Both the position numbers and the translations under genes were made by a program. Of a DNA stretch of 44,932 bases, positions 11,484-22,869 are shown in pieces. The stretch lies in NCBI RefSeq assembly GCF_001194135.2, contig NC_068982.1:41258510-41303441 (forward strand), written 5' to 3'. Origin of the DNA: Octopus bimaculoides (Eukaryota). The stretch's first letter is position 1. Every line of letters starts with the position of its first letter. The notes beneath the pieces were generated by a model that searched no databases, was not told the origin of the DNA, and saw only the letters and a program-made list of their open reading frames with translations.

Positions 11484-11830
11484 CATATATGACTGGATAA
11501 TTTGGTCGTTTTTCTTTTGTCCCAGTGCCTGAAACCATCATTTATGAGGCCACCGTGGACTCTGTATCCACTAAGGACACAGTTTCCACGAAGAAATACG
11601 TGGGACTCACGGAGGGTATTTTCAAGGCCAGATTCAATAATCACACTTTGAGTTTCAAGCACTGGGACAAAAGCAAAACGACCAAATTATCCAGTCATAT
11701 ATGGTCTTTAAAGAAAAAAGGGTCATTTTTCACAGGAATTTTCAATGGCTGGATAACTGAAGAGATGTTGGCGTGGGCTCCCACCCTGGCATCCGAAACT
11801 CGGAATTTTATCATGGCTACTGAATAAGTG
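11484..11830 (+). mobile_element. Penelope-like element fragment: GIY-YIG endonuclease region, inverted 51-bp arm and hammerhead-bearing end
   Basis: ORF ETIIYEATV...KKYVGLTEGIFKARFNNHTLSFKH...TKLSSHIWSLKK resembles the PLE GIY-YIG pattern IIYxAxV..YIGxT..FKxRxxNHxxSF. 11484-11534 is the reverse complement of 11653-11703 with 2 mismatches. Confidence 0.8.
11752..11812 (+). ncRNA. Degenerate type I hammerhead ribozyme motif in a Penelope-like terminal repeat
   Basis: Stem I GATAA/TTATC. Core CTGAAGA at 11757-11763. Stem II GATGTTGG/CTGGCATC plus a GTGG/CCAC hairpin. GAAA at 11795-11798. Stem III ACTC-G-GAAT has a C.A mismatch; triplet AUU. Confidence 0.62.
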
Positions 11831-12316
11831 TCGCATATTTTTACAGATATATTTATATATATATATATATATATATTAAGATTCAGGTGAATAAGGCACT
11901 TAAATGATAAGACACCAGGTTGGGTCAAAATTAAAATGCATACACAGCAACTATAGATGAATACAAACATTGGTACCGAAGTACAGGCAGAAAAACATTT
12001 ACGTTATATATACAATTATTTGAACCCAACTGACTATATTATCAGCCCTTGGGCTAATTCAGAAACGTAGATTATATTAAATATATGGTCCATAATATAT
12101 TTTGGAACACGCGAGATAGGTGTTCCGAGATAGGTGAATAATAAATAAATTAATAAACAAAAAATGATGGATGGATGTAATTCATTACATCTGTTCTCAA
12201 CAAATTTTTTTAATTGATTAATGAATGTATTATATCATTATAAAAAACTGTTTTCTTCAGATGAATAGACGAACTATACAATTAAGGAGATTTATATATA
12301 TATATATAAAAAAGTA

Positions 12317-13593
12317 GTTAATGTTGACATTATTACCTGGAAATGAAATGGAAAAAAAAAATAGTGCAACGGGTGTAAAAAAAGGTGTAGGAAACGAATA
12401 TGAAAACAAAAATGCCTGGAAAGCAAAGGGGGTGGGGAGAAGCCTTCAGAAAATTCACAAGATCTGATGTTTTACCCTCATAGCTTTTAGGAAAATGGGT
12501 TTTTTTTAAGGAAGTCTTATATAAATACACCGTAGGGTGTGTGTGTGTGTGNNNNNNNNNNGATGCATTACAGATGCCTAATGTGCCGCAAACCCCTTAT
12601 TTTTCTTCAGGAAAAGTGTGGTGGGGGAGGAAACCAGAATTATTGGAAATTTTTTTTCTTTTTTCGATGAATGAATTACGGTGACCTAATATGCCACAAA
12701 ACACTATTTGTCCAGAAAACGGGGGCTGTTTCTTTCTTTAAAATTTCATTAAATTTTTACAAGTGCACCTTTATATAAAAATTAGTGGTCACAAAGTCTG
12801 GACAAGAGAGAGAAAGAATGATACAAAATCATAAAAAACTACGTTAGAGAAAGAATGATACAAAATCCTTATAAAAACCACGTTAGTGTTTGTATGAAAC
12901 AAAGTATTATATTAAAATATCTTTTATATACCTCTTAAAAATCACTAATTTTCAAATGGTATCCAATGTTTTCACTTTCCTTTAGCAATTTTTTGTGCCG
13001 AAATTTTAATCGGGTAAACTGATACGTTTCAATTTTGTGTGGAGAGAGAGAGACATCTTTCATATAATATACTCTGTGTAGCTAAACTTCCAATGGCATA
13101 GTAATGTCATGGGTCAAATGGAACGAGTGAGTGATTTCATATGTGTGTGTGTATATATATATATATATATAGTAGAAGGACCTGAACCCTTCAAAGGGAT
13201 GTTTAGCATCCAAGTTCCTGAGGAAAAGCCTAATTTGTGATTTCAAAAATATTATATTTTCCTCAAAGTTACAAAGGAAAAACTCGGATCTTGTGAATTT
13301 TCCAAAGTCCTCTCCCCATCCCCTCAGAAAAGATTTTCCCAATAAATTTCTTTATAACCGTAATCTATACCATTTGAAAGGTATTTATATAAAATTTCAT
13401 TAAAAAAAACATTTTCCTAAAAGTTATGAGGGAGAAACATCAGATCTTGTGAATTTTCCAAAGGCCTCTCCCCTCCCCTCGTTGCTTTCCAGGCATTTTT
13501 GTTTTTATATTCGTTTGCTGCACCCTTTTTTTTTTACACCTGTTGCACTATTTTTAAAAAATTTTGTTTCCAGGTAATAATGCCAACATTAAC
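12317..13593. mobile_element. Foldback or long-TIR non-autonomous DNA element
   Basis: Arms 12317-12528 and 13381-13593 are reverse complements over about 210 bp (roughly 80% identical by eye), with internal partial sub-repeats. No clear TSD. Confidence 0.8.
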
Positions 13594-13762
13594 CAGAAAT
13601 GCCCTACATGTTACCAACCCTCACTTGTTTCTAAGTAAGATATTTCCCCATGGCCTGGCATGTCTGGGAAGATTGGAAACAAAGGACACTGCTTGCACAT
13701 GTCAAGGCATGGAGACAGTAACATACACTCACAAATGCACAAATACATGCGGGTGTGAGTGA

Positions 13763-14378
13763 GTGAGATTAAGGATCCATTGAAATCTAGGTACATCAAC
13801 ATGCAGGATGCCAGAAATGTCAAGGTACGATAGTATAGAGTGAGTGAGTGAGTGAGAGAGATTATAGGGATTCANNNNNNNNNNGGATGCCAGAAATGTC
13901 AAGGTACGATAGTATAGAGTGAGTGAGTGAGTGAGAGAGATTATAGGGATTCATTCAAATCTAGGTACATCAACATGTAGGATGCCAGAAATGTCAAGGT
14001 ACGATAGTATTGAGTGAGTGAGTGAGTGAGATTAAGGATCCATTGAAATCTAGGTACATCAACATGCAGGATGCCAGAAATGTCAAGGTACGATAGTATA
14101 GAGTGAGAGAGAGAGAGATTATAGGGATTCANNNNNNNNNNGGATGCCAGAAATGTCAAGGTACGATAGTATAGAGTGAGAGAGAGAGAGATTATAGGGA
14201 TTCATTCAAATCTAGGTACATCAACATGTAGGATGCCAGAAATGTCAAGGTACGAGAGTGAGTGAGTGAGTGAGTGAGTGAGTGAGTGAGTGAGTGAGTG
14301 AGATTATAGGGATTCATTCAAATCTAGGTACATCAACATGTAGGATGCTAGAAATGTCAAGGTACTATAGTATAGAGC
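13763..14378 (+). repeat. Composite tandem repeat: about 7 units of roughly 85-105 bp, each with a variable (GAGT)n tract
   Basis: Recurrent aaatctaggtacatcaacatgyaggatgccagaaatgtcaaggtacga. Two small N gaps lie inside the array. Confidence 0.9.
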
Positions 14379-15999
14379 TCATGGTGTGTAAACAACATTA
14401 AAGACATTAAGTGTTGATACAAGACAATTTTACCCATTCACACTCTGGGAAGTGGTTGGCATTAGGAAGGGCATCAAGCTGTAGAAAGCATGCCAAAGCA
14501 AACATTGGAGCTTGGCACAGTCCTCTGGTTAATTGGGTCCTGTCAAACTGTTCAACCCATGCCAACATAGAGAACAGATGTTAAATGATAATGATGATGA
14601 AATCCATTCACCAGGCACTGATTGGCATAGGGCTATTGTAGAAGAACCTTATCCAAGGAGCCATGCAGTAGGACTGAACCTGAAACTATGTGGTCACAAA
14701 GCAAACTTCTTAACCAGATAGTCAGGCTTACACCACACACATGAGAGAGAGTGGGAAGATAGGAGGGAGAGGAGGAAGAGAGGGGAGAGAGGGAGTGACA
14801 ATAAGAAGATAAATTTAATAGCAACTGCAATGTGCTTATGTTACAAAAGGACAACAGTTAAAGTATTGAAAAAAAATGTTTCTCTTTTGTTTTCTATCAC
14901 CATTAATAGGTACCATGGTGTGTTACAATTTATTTCATTTTTATGATAAGTTGTTGTGAGACATTTTACTCAAGCTCACAGAATTCGTTCTTAACACAGC
15001 AGGCTAGTGAAATGCTTAACTGTAGCACAGTGTCCCTAATGCTTATCTTCTCAAAGAACCTATTTATAAATAAGAGGACGAAGTCATTTTGTTTCTTTTG
15101 ATCAGAGCAAAGACTTAGTAACAGAGGACAAATCTGTTGACTTTAAACTGGTAAGTAAACACTATGGCTTTCAATAGATAAATATATATTACAATAACAG
15201 CTGACCAACTAACTTTCCAACACACTTATGACTTATAGCAATTACAGTATGTAATTTCTGTATGACAATAGAATTACAGCTATTGTTGTTCCAACTCAGG
15301 CCAGCTCTGATCCAGCAAACCTTTGATCGAAGGCATTACATCTGTGGCCATTCCATAATTTTCAAAGGAATCTAGAACATTATCCAAAGGTTCCTTTTGT
15401 GGAGTATGATTTGAGGGAGATTTGGCTATTACAAAGCTCCTACATTGGAGACTATAACAGTGTTTAAAAACACTGCATTCATCGTAGCTTTTTCCAATGT
15501 CCACTTTTCCATGCTTACACGTGTCAGATGGTGTTTACAGAGGTAGAGATTCTATGGTCGGATGCTCTTCCTGTCACCAACCATTACCCGTTTCCAAGCA
15601 AGGCGATATTTCCCCGTGGTCAGACATATTTTCACAGGTTACTGAAAAATGAATGACAGCTTGTATGACAGTAACATTCATTAAAACTATCATATGACAT
15701 CAAGACACACACACATACACATATATGATGAATTTCTTTCAGTTTTCTTCTACCAAATACACTCATACGGTATGAGACTATAGCAGAAGACACTTGTTCA
15801 AGGTGTCATGCAGCGGGACTGAACCCATAACCATGTGGTTGGGAAGCAAACTATTTACCACAAAGCCACGCCTGTGCCTGCATCAAAAATAAATCTGATT
15901 TCAAATCAGAAGATATTTGCGTGACCCTGCATGTGTGCATGTACTTATGTGGTATGTAATGTAACACTAAAGACAAAAAAAAAATCAATAATTTAATTA

Positions 16000-16360
16000 T
16001 CTTTTATCTTTTGCTTGTTTCAATCATTAGGCTGCGGCCATGCTGGGGCACCACCTTGAAGAATTTTTAGTCAAATGAATCTACCCCAGGACTTAATTTC
16101 TTTGCTAAGCCTGGTACTTATTCTAACAGTCTTTTTTGCCAAACCACTAAATTACAAGGATGTAAACACACCGACAGTGGTTGTCAAGCAGTGGTAGGGG
16201 ACAAACACACACACAATGGGCTTCTTCCCATTTCCTTCTACCAAATTCACTCACAAGGCTTTGGTTGGCCTGAGGTTATAATAGAACTTGCCCAAGGTGC
16301 CATGCAGTGGGACTGAACCTGGAACCATGTGGTTAGGAAGCAAGCTTCTTACCACATAGT
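16000..16360 (-). mobile_element. SINE family A copy (reverse)
   Basis: Reverse complement of the 18246-18612 family over its length. Confidence 0.8.
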
Positions 16361-16531
16361 CACACCTACACCTAGCCAACCCTGTGCCTAGGCACACCTG
16401 CACCTAGCCACGCAAAATAGAAATGCAAAAGATAAGTTACTCTTTTAAATTCAAATAATTGTTAATGCTAAGCTGTCTATGCATAAACTCGGGAATCAAT
16501 TTTAAAGGCATAAAATACATTAATAACTTAC

Positions 16532-16677
16532 CAAAGATAAACCATTACCAAAACTGCAAAACCCAGATACCCATGGACTTTAAATGAGCGGACACATACT
16601 TGATAGAGAATGCAGGCCAAAGGCAGAGGAGTGAAGCCCATTCGCCGAGATAAGAGATCAGAATGATCTGTGAAAGC
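16532..16677 (-). CDS. TAPT1: TAPT1 coding exon, 146 nt (AFTDHSDLLSRRMGFTPLPLACILYQVCVRSFKVHGYLGFAVLVMVYL)
   Basis: attattatag|GCT acceptor and TG|gtaagt donor. Matches human AYTDYSDSVARRMGFIPLPLA. Confidence 0.95.
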
Positions 16678-16678
16678 C

Positions 16679-16975
16679 TATAATAATAATAATAATAATA
16701 ATAGCAACAACAATAGTATTAAAAACAACAATAGTAATAGTAATAATAATAATAATAATAACAATAGCAATAACAACAAAACAATAATAATAATCCTATC
16801 TGCTATAGGCACAAAGCCTGAAATTTTAGGGGAGAGGGCTAGTTGATAACATCAACCCCAGTATTCAACTGGTACTTATTTCATTGACCCTGAAAACTTA
16901 AAACGCAAAGTCGACCTCAGTGGAGTTTGAACTCAGAACGTAACGATGGATGAAATCCCCTTAATAATATTAGAA
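16679..16975 (-). mobile_element. SINE family B copy whose (ATT/GTT)n tail runs into the TAPT1 exon acceptor
   Basis: Body at 16795-16975 is homologous to 40820-41010. The tail at 16679-16794 ends ATTATTATAG|GCT. Confidence 0.8.
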
Positions 16976-17039
16976 CGCTAACTTTTTGTTTTTGTATGTA
17001 TCTGTTGTGTGCATCACACTTCAAAGAAGTGGCAAAGTG

Positions 17040-17310
17040 AGAGAGAGGAGGACAGAGAGGAAGTGAGAGAGAGAGAGAGAGAGAGAGAGTGAGAGAAAGG
17101 GAGAGTGAGAGAGAAAATGAGAGAGAAAGAGAGATAGTGAAAGAAACAGTGAGTGGTGATGGCATCTGTTTTGTGTTTTTAAATGTTTCAGAGAGGACGT
17201 AAGAGAGAAAGAAAGAGAGAGAGAGTGAAAGAGACAGTGAGAGAGAAAGAGAGAGAGTGAAAGAGACAGTGAGTGGTGATGGCGTTGGTTCTGTGTTTTT
17301 AAATGTTTAT
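17040..17310. repeat. (GA)n-rich tract with a duplicated unit of about 60 bp
   Basis: gtgaaagaracagtgagtggtgatggc...tgtgtttttaaatgttt occurs at about 17138 and 17258. Confidence 0.8.
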
Positions 17311-17611
17311 CACATCGCAAGAGAAGTATATACATAGATACATATAGACATTGTTAAATCAAAAAACGGAGAGAAGAGGGACACAAAGGAAGTGAAAGAA
17401 AAAGAGAGAAAGTGAGAGAGACAGCAGATACTTAAATCCAAAGAAAATTTCATGTAGATACAAACACACAGCAAATATTGGATGTCAATTTCACTTTTCA
17501 TTACCACACAAGGATAAAATTAACTCATAAATGGCTGAGTACTCCACAGACATGCATAACATTAACGTAGTTCTCAGGGACATTCAGCCTCACACAGAAT
17601 ATGACAAGGCT

Positions 17612-17960
17612 GAGAAAAACATCGCAGATGTGCGTGCAGCTGTGAGGGAAAATTGTTGAATCACCATCCATGAATTATCAGAAGATATGCAGATTAGTTA
17701 CGGTTCAGTTCAGTCCATTATCACTGAAGATTTGAGTATGAGATGCATGTCTGCAAAGTTTGTGCCAAAATTGCTTTCAGCTAACCAAAAAGACACTTGG
17801 GTTTCAGTTACACAAAATCTCCTTGATTGTGTTGAGAACAATGAAAACATTGCATAGGCCTCTGTGCAGGTATTGCCAAGCTTTTAGCAAAATTTGATGC
17901 AGATTCTCTGCTCAACTTTCTGTCATGGTCAATGTGATGATCACACATTACACACCTTTT
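17612..17960 (+). mobile_element. Internally deleted mariner transposon relic (HTH region and 3' end)
   Basis: Translates NIADVRAAVRENC*ITIHELSEDMQISYGSVQSIITEDLSMRCMSAKFVPKLLS, a mariner HTH plus the WVP-like linker motif. Confidence 0.8.
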
Positions 17961-18245
17961 TCCAAGCACTGCTGTAAACAGTGGAAGTGAGCTAGAACGT
18001 TAGAACTTAGTGTGCCTGCACAGCAGAGTTCAAGTTTAATCTGTGCCATGCTATTTCACTCTGTGTGCTTTAGCTTCGTTACTATGGCAACAGTCCGGAT
18101 ACTTATTGATCAGACTGCTGTGAATTATCTGTGCATCTTGTTTTGTCCTGTTTGTTGTGGTGCTATCGTCCTTTTTTCGGCATGTTGTGTTTTGACAGTT
18201 TCGGTTTGTTGTGTTTTTTCTGTTCTACCTTTGTTTTATATATGT

Positions 18246-18612
18246 ATAGGCACAGGAGTGGCTATGTGGTAAGTAGCTTGCTTACCAACCTCATGGTTCT
18301 GGGTTCAGTCCCACTGCGTGGCACCTTGGGCAAGTGTTTTCTACCATACATTTGGGTTGACCAAAGCCTTGTGAGTGGATTTGGGAGACGGAAACTGAAA
18401 GAAGCCCGTAGTATATATGTATGTGTGTGTATATGTTTGTGTTTGTCCCCCCAACATCGCTTGACAACCGATGCTGGTGTGTTTACGTCCCTGTAACTTA
18501 GCAGTTCGGCAAAAGAGACCAATAGAATAAGTCCTGGGGTCAATTTGCTCGACTAAAGGCAGTGCTCCAGCATGGCCGCAGTCAAATGACTGAAACAAGT
18601 AAAAGAATAAAG
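18246..18612 (+). mobile_element. tRNA-derived SINE family A (reference copy): A/B boxes, CORE-like caccttgggcaagtg, internal (TA/TG)n, 3' aaaaga tail
   Basis: A box gtggctatgtggtaag, B box gggttcagtccc. Many homologous copies occur in the window. Confidence 0.85.
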
Positions 18613-19739
18613 AGAGTATATATCTCCATCTGCCTAACTTAGCAGCTGACTTACTGTTCTAACTATATATATTGAAATATTTCCATCAATTGCTTCATAT
18701 TTTTAAATGCTCTAAATGAGAAAGATTTACCTAATGGATGCATTTCCTATTATATATTATGCAAACCTAAAAGGGACATATTGAATGATTTCAGAATATC
18801 ACTATTTGGTTTGACCTCATTATTACAATATATATAATTCAGTAATGTTGATTATAAAAAAAGAATAAAAAATAACTGAAGGAATATACTTCATGAAAGT
18901 GTTCACCATTATCATTATTTTACATCCTATTTGTCATCCTGCTGGAAAGTAGGATGTAAAATGGTCAGGCTGTCAATTAGTTCTTATTCAAAGTTAACTG
19001 CTCTCCTGGATGGGGGTGGGGTGGGGATCACACCTCATTTGTACATTCTGTTTTGGGCTTTATTTCTATGGTTGGATGCCCTTCCAATTTCCAAAAACTT
19101 TACAGAATGTAGTGGGGACATATCATCAGGTCACCAACACTAGAGAGGTTGTCTTATTCCCCCAAAAGTTTAAAAGAGTCCTCCCTGCTGTGTTGTCTGT
19201 TTGTTCATTGGCACCAAGGAGGTTATGTGTGACAAAATGAAAGAGTTATCTCTTTGCTGTATTATCTCAGTTTTTCTTTTTTCTTTTATACAGGAGTGAG
19301 GAGAAAATGGAATGACAGAAGTAAGGAGCAAGGAGGTAATAAGAGAAAGAGAGAGTAAAGAAAAGAGGCAGAATAAACAGGTTGTAAGTGAAAGATAATA
19401 AAGAGACAGAAAGAAGAGACAGTTGCAAGATGGAAGAAAGAGAATGAGGGTTATGGATGTCATTAATAAGTGATTAGGGGAATGGTAATGGGTGAGACAG
19501 AGAAAGTGATAGTGGATTGAGTAGTGGATCAGAAAGTGAGACAGCAACAATGAGAAGTAATGGTAAGGAGGGAGAGATTGAATATGGAGATTTTCAATAT
19601 ATTTCCATCTCTCATTACATAAGTGGCATGATGTGAGAGAGAATGCTATCATCAAGATTTGTGAGAAGAATCTGAATGATAAATTCACTATCTCCACCTC
19701 AATCACCATTTTTGTGTCATTTTTTTATGCTTGCATGAA

Positions 19740-20740
19740 TTACACAAATCTACTTCAGCACAGTATTTGCCACTTGCGATTATTTGTCATCTTCTTAATA
19801 AAATTCAACTTTTTGAGATCAGTTGTCACCAGGTCTTCCCATGATTTTTCTCACTTTTTTTTTCTTCAACAGGTATGGTCCACTTTCTAGTACTTGGCAC
19901 TTCTTTACACAACTGACATTTTCCATATATATCACATACCTGTACCAATGAAGTCTTCTCTCTTGTAACTGCATCTGATTCCACTTACATTCACTTTATC
20001 TTTTAGTTCATTTATGCTCTGTCATTCATGCACACTAACATTATGCATGTATCAAAAAAAAAAAAAAGTCTTATTTCTTTCCAGCTTTTATCAAATTTCT
20101 ATATTCAAAGACCATATCCTACTAACCAAGCAAAATATCACTTCATACACGAGCATCATACAATCTAACTTTCACTCTAGTAGCTCCCTGAACTTTTCCT
20201 ACTCTATTCTTACTCTGGTAACTATGCTCTTAGAACACCCACCTTCACTGTTAATAAGATTACTTAGTTAACAAAAGCACGAGATTGTTTAGAGATCCTT
20301 TTCCAAGCATTTGGAGAAATCTACTCCATAAACACACTTACTACAAATCACTCCTGTACATCTGGCACAAACAAAATCTATCTGCCATCTCCATCAACTT
20401 ACCTGTGTTCCCATTTGAGGATTTTGCTTCCATGTTTGGAATTTCCTCTCCAAAATCTTTAACAGATTCAGCTGAGAACTAACTTCTCAGCAATCAAGTT
20501 TTTTTACAAACAGCTGGTTTTAAACTCACTTGATATGGTCTGAAAGACCAATAAGAAATAGGAGGCAGTTAAAAACTGAATCTCAACATGCATCATTAAA
20601 TTCTTTGCCAACTCTTGCCTTGCTGATGGCACCTCTGTACATGGCTTGCACAGCTTCCACAAGCCAGTTGCCTACTTTAGTTTGTTTTGTGAGATGCTAC
20701 TATGAGGTTTATTCTTAGTCATAATGCAGGAATTGTAATG
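19740..20740 (-). mobile_element. Heavily decayed RTE RT and 3' end
   Basis: Minus-strand remnants WLVEAVQAMYRGAISKARVG and SWEDLVTTDLKKLNFIKKMTNNRKWQI, with many stops. Confidence 0.65.
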
Positions 20741-20767
20741 GGGAAGAGTTAACACAAAACTGCTTAC

Positions 20768-20827
20768 CTGTGTCTGACGACTTGATACCATATCTTGGGC
20801 CAAAATAAGAGAGAAATCTGCATAAAC
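20768..20827 (-). CDS. TAPT1: TAPT1 coding exon, 60 nt (VYADFSLILAQDMVSSRQTQ)
   Basis: gttttttag|GTT acceptor and CAG|gtaagc donor. Aligns to human VYSEYRASLAFDLVSSRQKN. Confidence 0.93.
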
Positions 20828-21144
20828 CTAAAAAACATTACACAAAGTTACATTAGTGAAAATTACAATTCTAATATATATATACAAACGCACAAGATAT
20901 TTTTTTGTTTCTTTTGTATAAAATAACAATTTGTGTGATCAAATTGAGACAAGCTTATATTTTATTTGAAAGTAAACATCCAAATATTTTTTCTTTCATA
21001 GGGTCATTACTTTTTTAATGGAGAGAGAGAGGGGGGAAGGAGAGAGAGAGGGGGAGAGAGGGAGNNNNNNNNNNNNNNNNNNNNNNNNNNNNNNNNNNNN
21101 NNNNNNNNNNNNNNNNNNNNNNNNNGAGAGAGAGAGAGAGAGGG

Positions 21145-21175
<31 letters not shown>

Positions 21176-21569
21176 GAGTATAAGTGAAAATGAGTAATGG
21201 AAAAATAATTAATCCTAGTATTTACAGGTACTTATTCTATTGATCCTTCGATTTTGAGAGGATAAATACCCTTTGAAAAGGGTATTTACCCCCTTCATTT
21301 CTGATCCTCTACATTTTAAAACATCAGCATCAGCACCATCATCATTCTAATTTTTACTTTTCCATGCTTGTATTGATCAGACAGAATTCACCAAGGAATT
21401 CCTATTTCCAAGTAAGGCAATATTTCCCCCATGGCCAGGCATGTTCTCATGGAAGACTGGAAACGAATGGCACTGCTTCAATGGCAGTGACACTCATTTA
21501 CAATTACCATGCAATGTCAAGACAAGGAAACGCAAAGTAACACCGCCCCCTCCCCTTTTGAAAAAAGTA

Positions 21570-22620
21570 TTCTTAACGGTTGGATATTGTTAGAAAAGTT
21601 TAGTTTGTTCATTAAGTTCAAGGCATCATCAACAAGAATCCCAACAAATCATTGTGGGCCATTGCCAATCATCTTCATGAGTTGGAGTCAGTGATTAGAC
21701 ATGTAGTCCTCGAAGACATCAGATACAAATCCTATGTTATGAGAAGAGGGCAGTTCATGTCTGATAAGATCTGGGAGAATCATGTAATCCAGTTAAGTTG
21801 CTTGCTGAACCACTTGAGGAGCCTGACATCCTCTAAAATCTTTTCAGGTGAGAACTTTGTCCAAAATCAGAAACTGAACAGGAAGAATGACTGATGGCTT
21901 TGCACCAGCCCCATTAATGCCCCTAATGCCATGCCCACCAATTCCCATAGTCTGTGATGGTCTTGTAAGTAATGAAGGTCATATTATGCTTCCTCACTTT
22001 TTTCCTGCAAGGTCTTAAGACCAATGTAGCAGCCTAAATGGAGGCAATGGAGATGGTTGTCAAGCAATGGATCCATACATGTTCCATCGCACATGTTCCA
22101 TCGCACATGTTCCATCGCACATGTTCCATCGCACATGTTCCATCGCACATGTTCCATCGCACATGTTCCATCGCACATGTTCCATCGTACATGTTCCATC
22201 GTACATGTTCCATCAAGATTCTGCTCTCACACAACCTGAATAACCCAAAAGTGAATGGCTAAAAACTTTCATGATCATTTTACCCCTAACATTTAGCCTC
22301 CTAGCTCACCTGATTTAAACTCACTTGACTACTATGTCTGGGGCATCATTGAGAGGCAGACTAACAAGCATGCCCACAATACCAAGGACTTGATGCCTGC
22401 TATTGGGGATGTTATGGCCAACCTGAAGAAAGATCTTCTGATCAACACATGTAGCTGTTTCAGAGGACATATCAAATTTGATAGCAATTTTATTCAATAA
22501 CGGTTTTCTGTTTGTAAGAATATATGTACCAAGTTCAACAAAAATATATTGTTTTTTTTTTAATAAACATTTTTGTTTTCCTTAAATTAAAATTATGTTC
22601 TCAAATAGCTGATGTACCAT
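21570..22620 (+). mobile_element. Decayed Tc1/mariner-superfamily transposon (maT/DD37D-like) interrupted by a minisatellite
   Basis: Remnants EDIRYKSYVMRRGQFMS, NQKLNRKND, SNEGHIMLPHFF, MFHQDSA and PPSSPDLNSLDYYVWGIIERQTNKHAHNTK, split by frameshifts and stops. Confidence 0.8.
22077..22214 (+). repeat. 14-bp minisatellite (ACATGTTCCATCGY) x about 9.9
   Basis: Seven units ACATGTTCCATCGC, two ACATGTTCCATCGT and one 12-nt partial unit, counted directly. Confidence 0.97.
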
Positions 22621-22869
22621 GTGTGTGTACATATAACACACACACACACGGTGGGCTTCTTTTAGTTTCTGTTTCCCAAATTCACTCACAAGGTTTTGGT
22701 TGGTCTGGTGCTACAGTAGAAAACACTTGCACATAGTGTCACACAATGAGACTGAACCTAAATCCACATGGTTGGGAAACAAGCAGAGAGCTTAACTAGA
22801 GAGCTATGCATCTATAAAAAAATTAAATGGCTGTGAAACTAGTATATCACTACAACTTGCTTTATGGGT

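Noticed and set aside
18078-18091. RFX X-box match GTTACTATGGCAAC (TAPT1 is cilia-linked); weaker matches at 8591 and 6992
   Set aside because: My rough estimate is about 0.5 chance hits per window. It is intronic, more than 26 kb from any possible TSS, and in repeat-like sequence.
22077-22214. CRISPR-like appearance of the regular repeat
   Set aside because: Head-to-tail units without spacers, in a eukaryotic context with no cas genes.
21984-22262. Several repetitive ORFs (MEHVRWNMCDGTCA...)
   Set aside because: They are translations of the 14-bp minisatellite.
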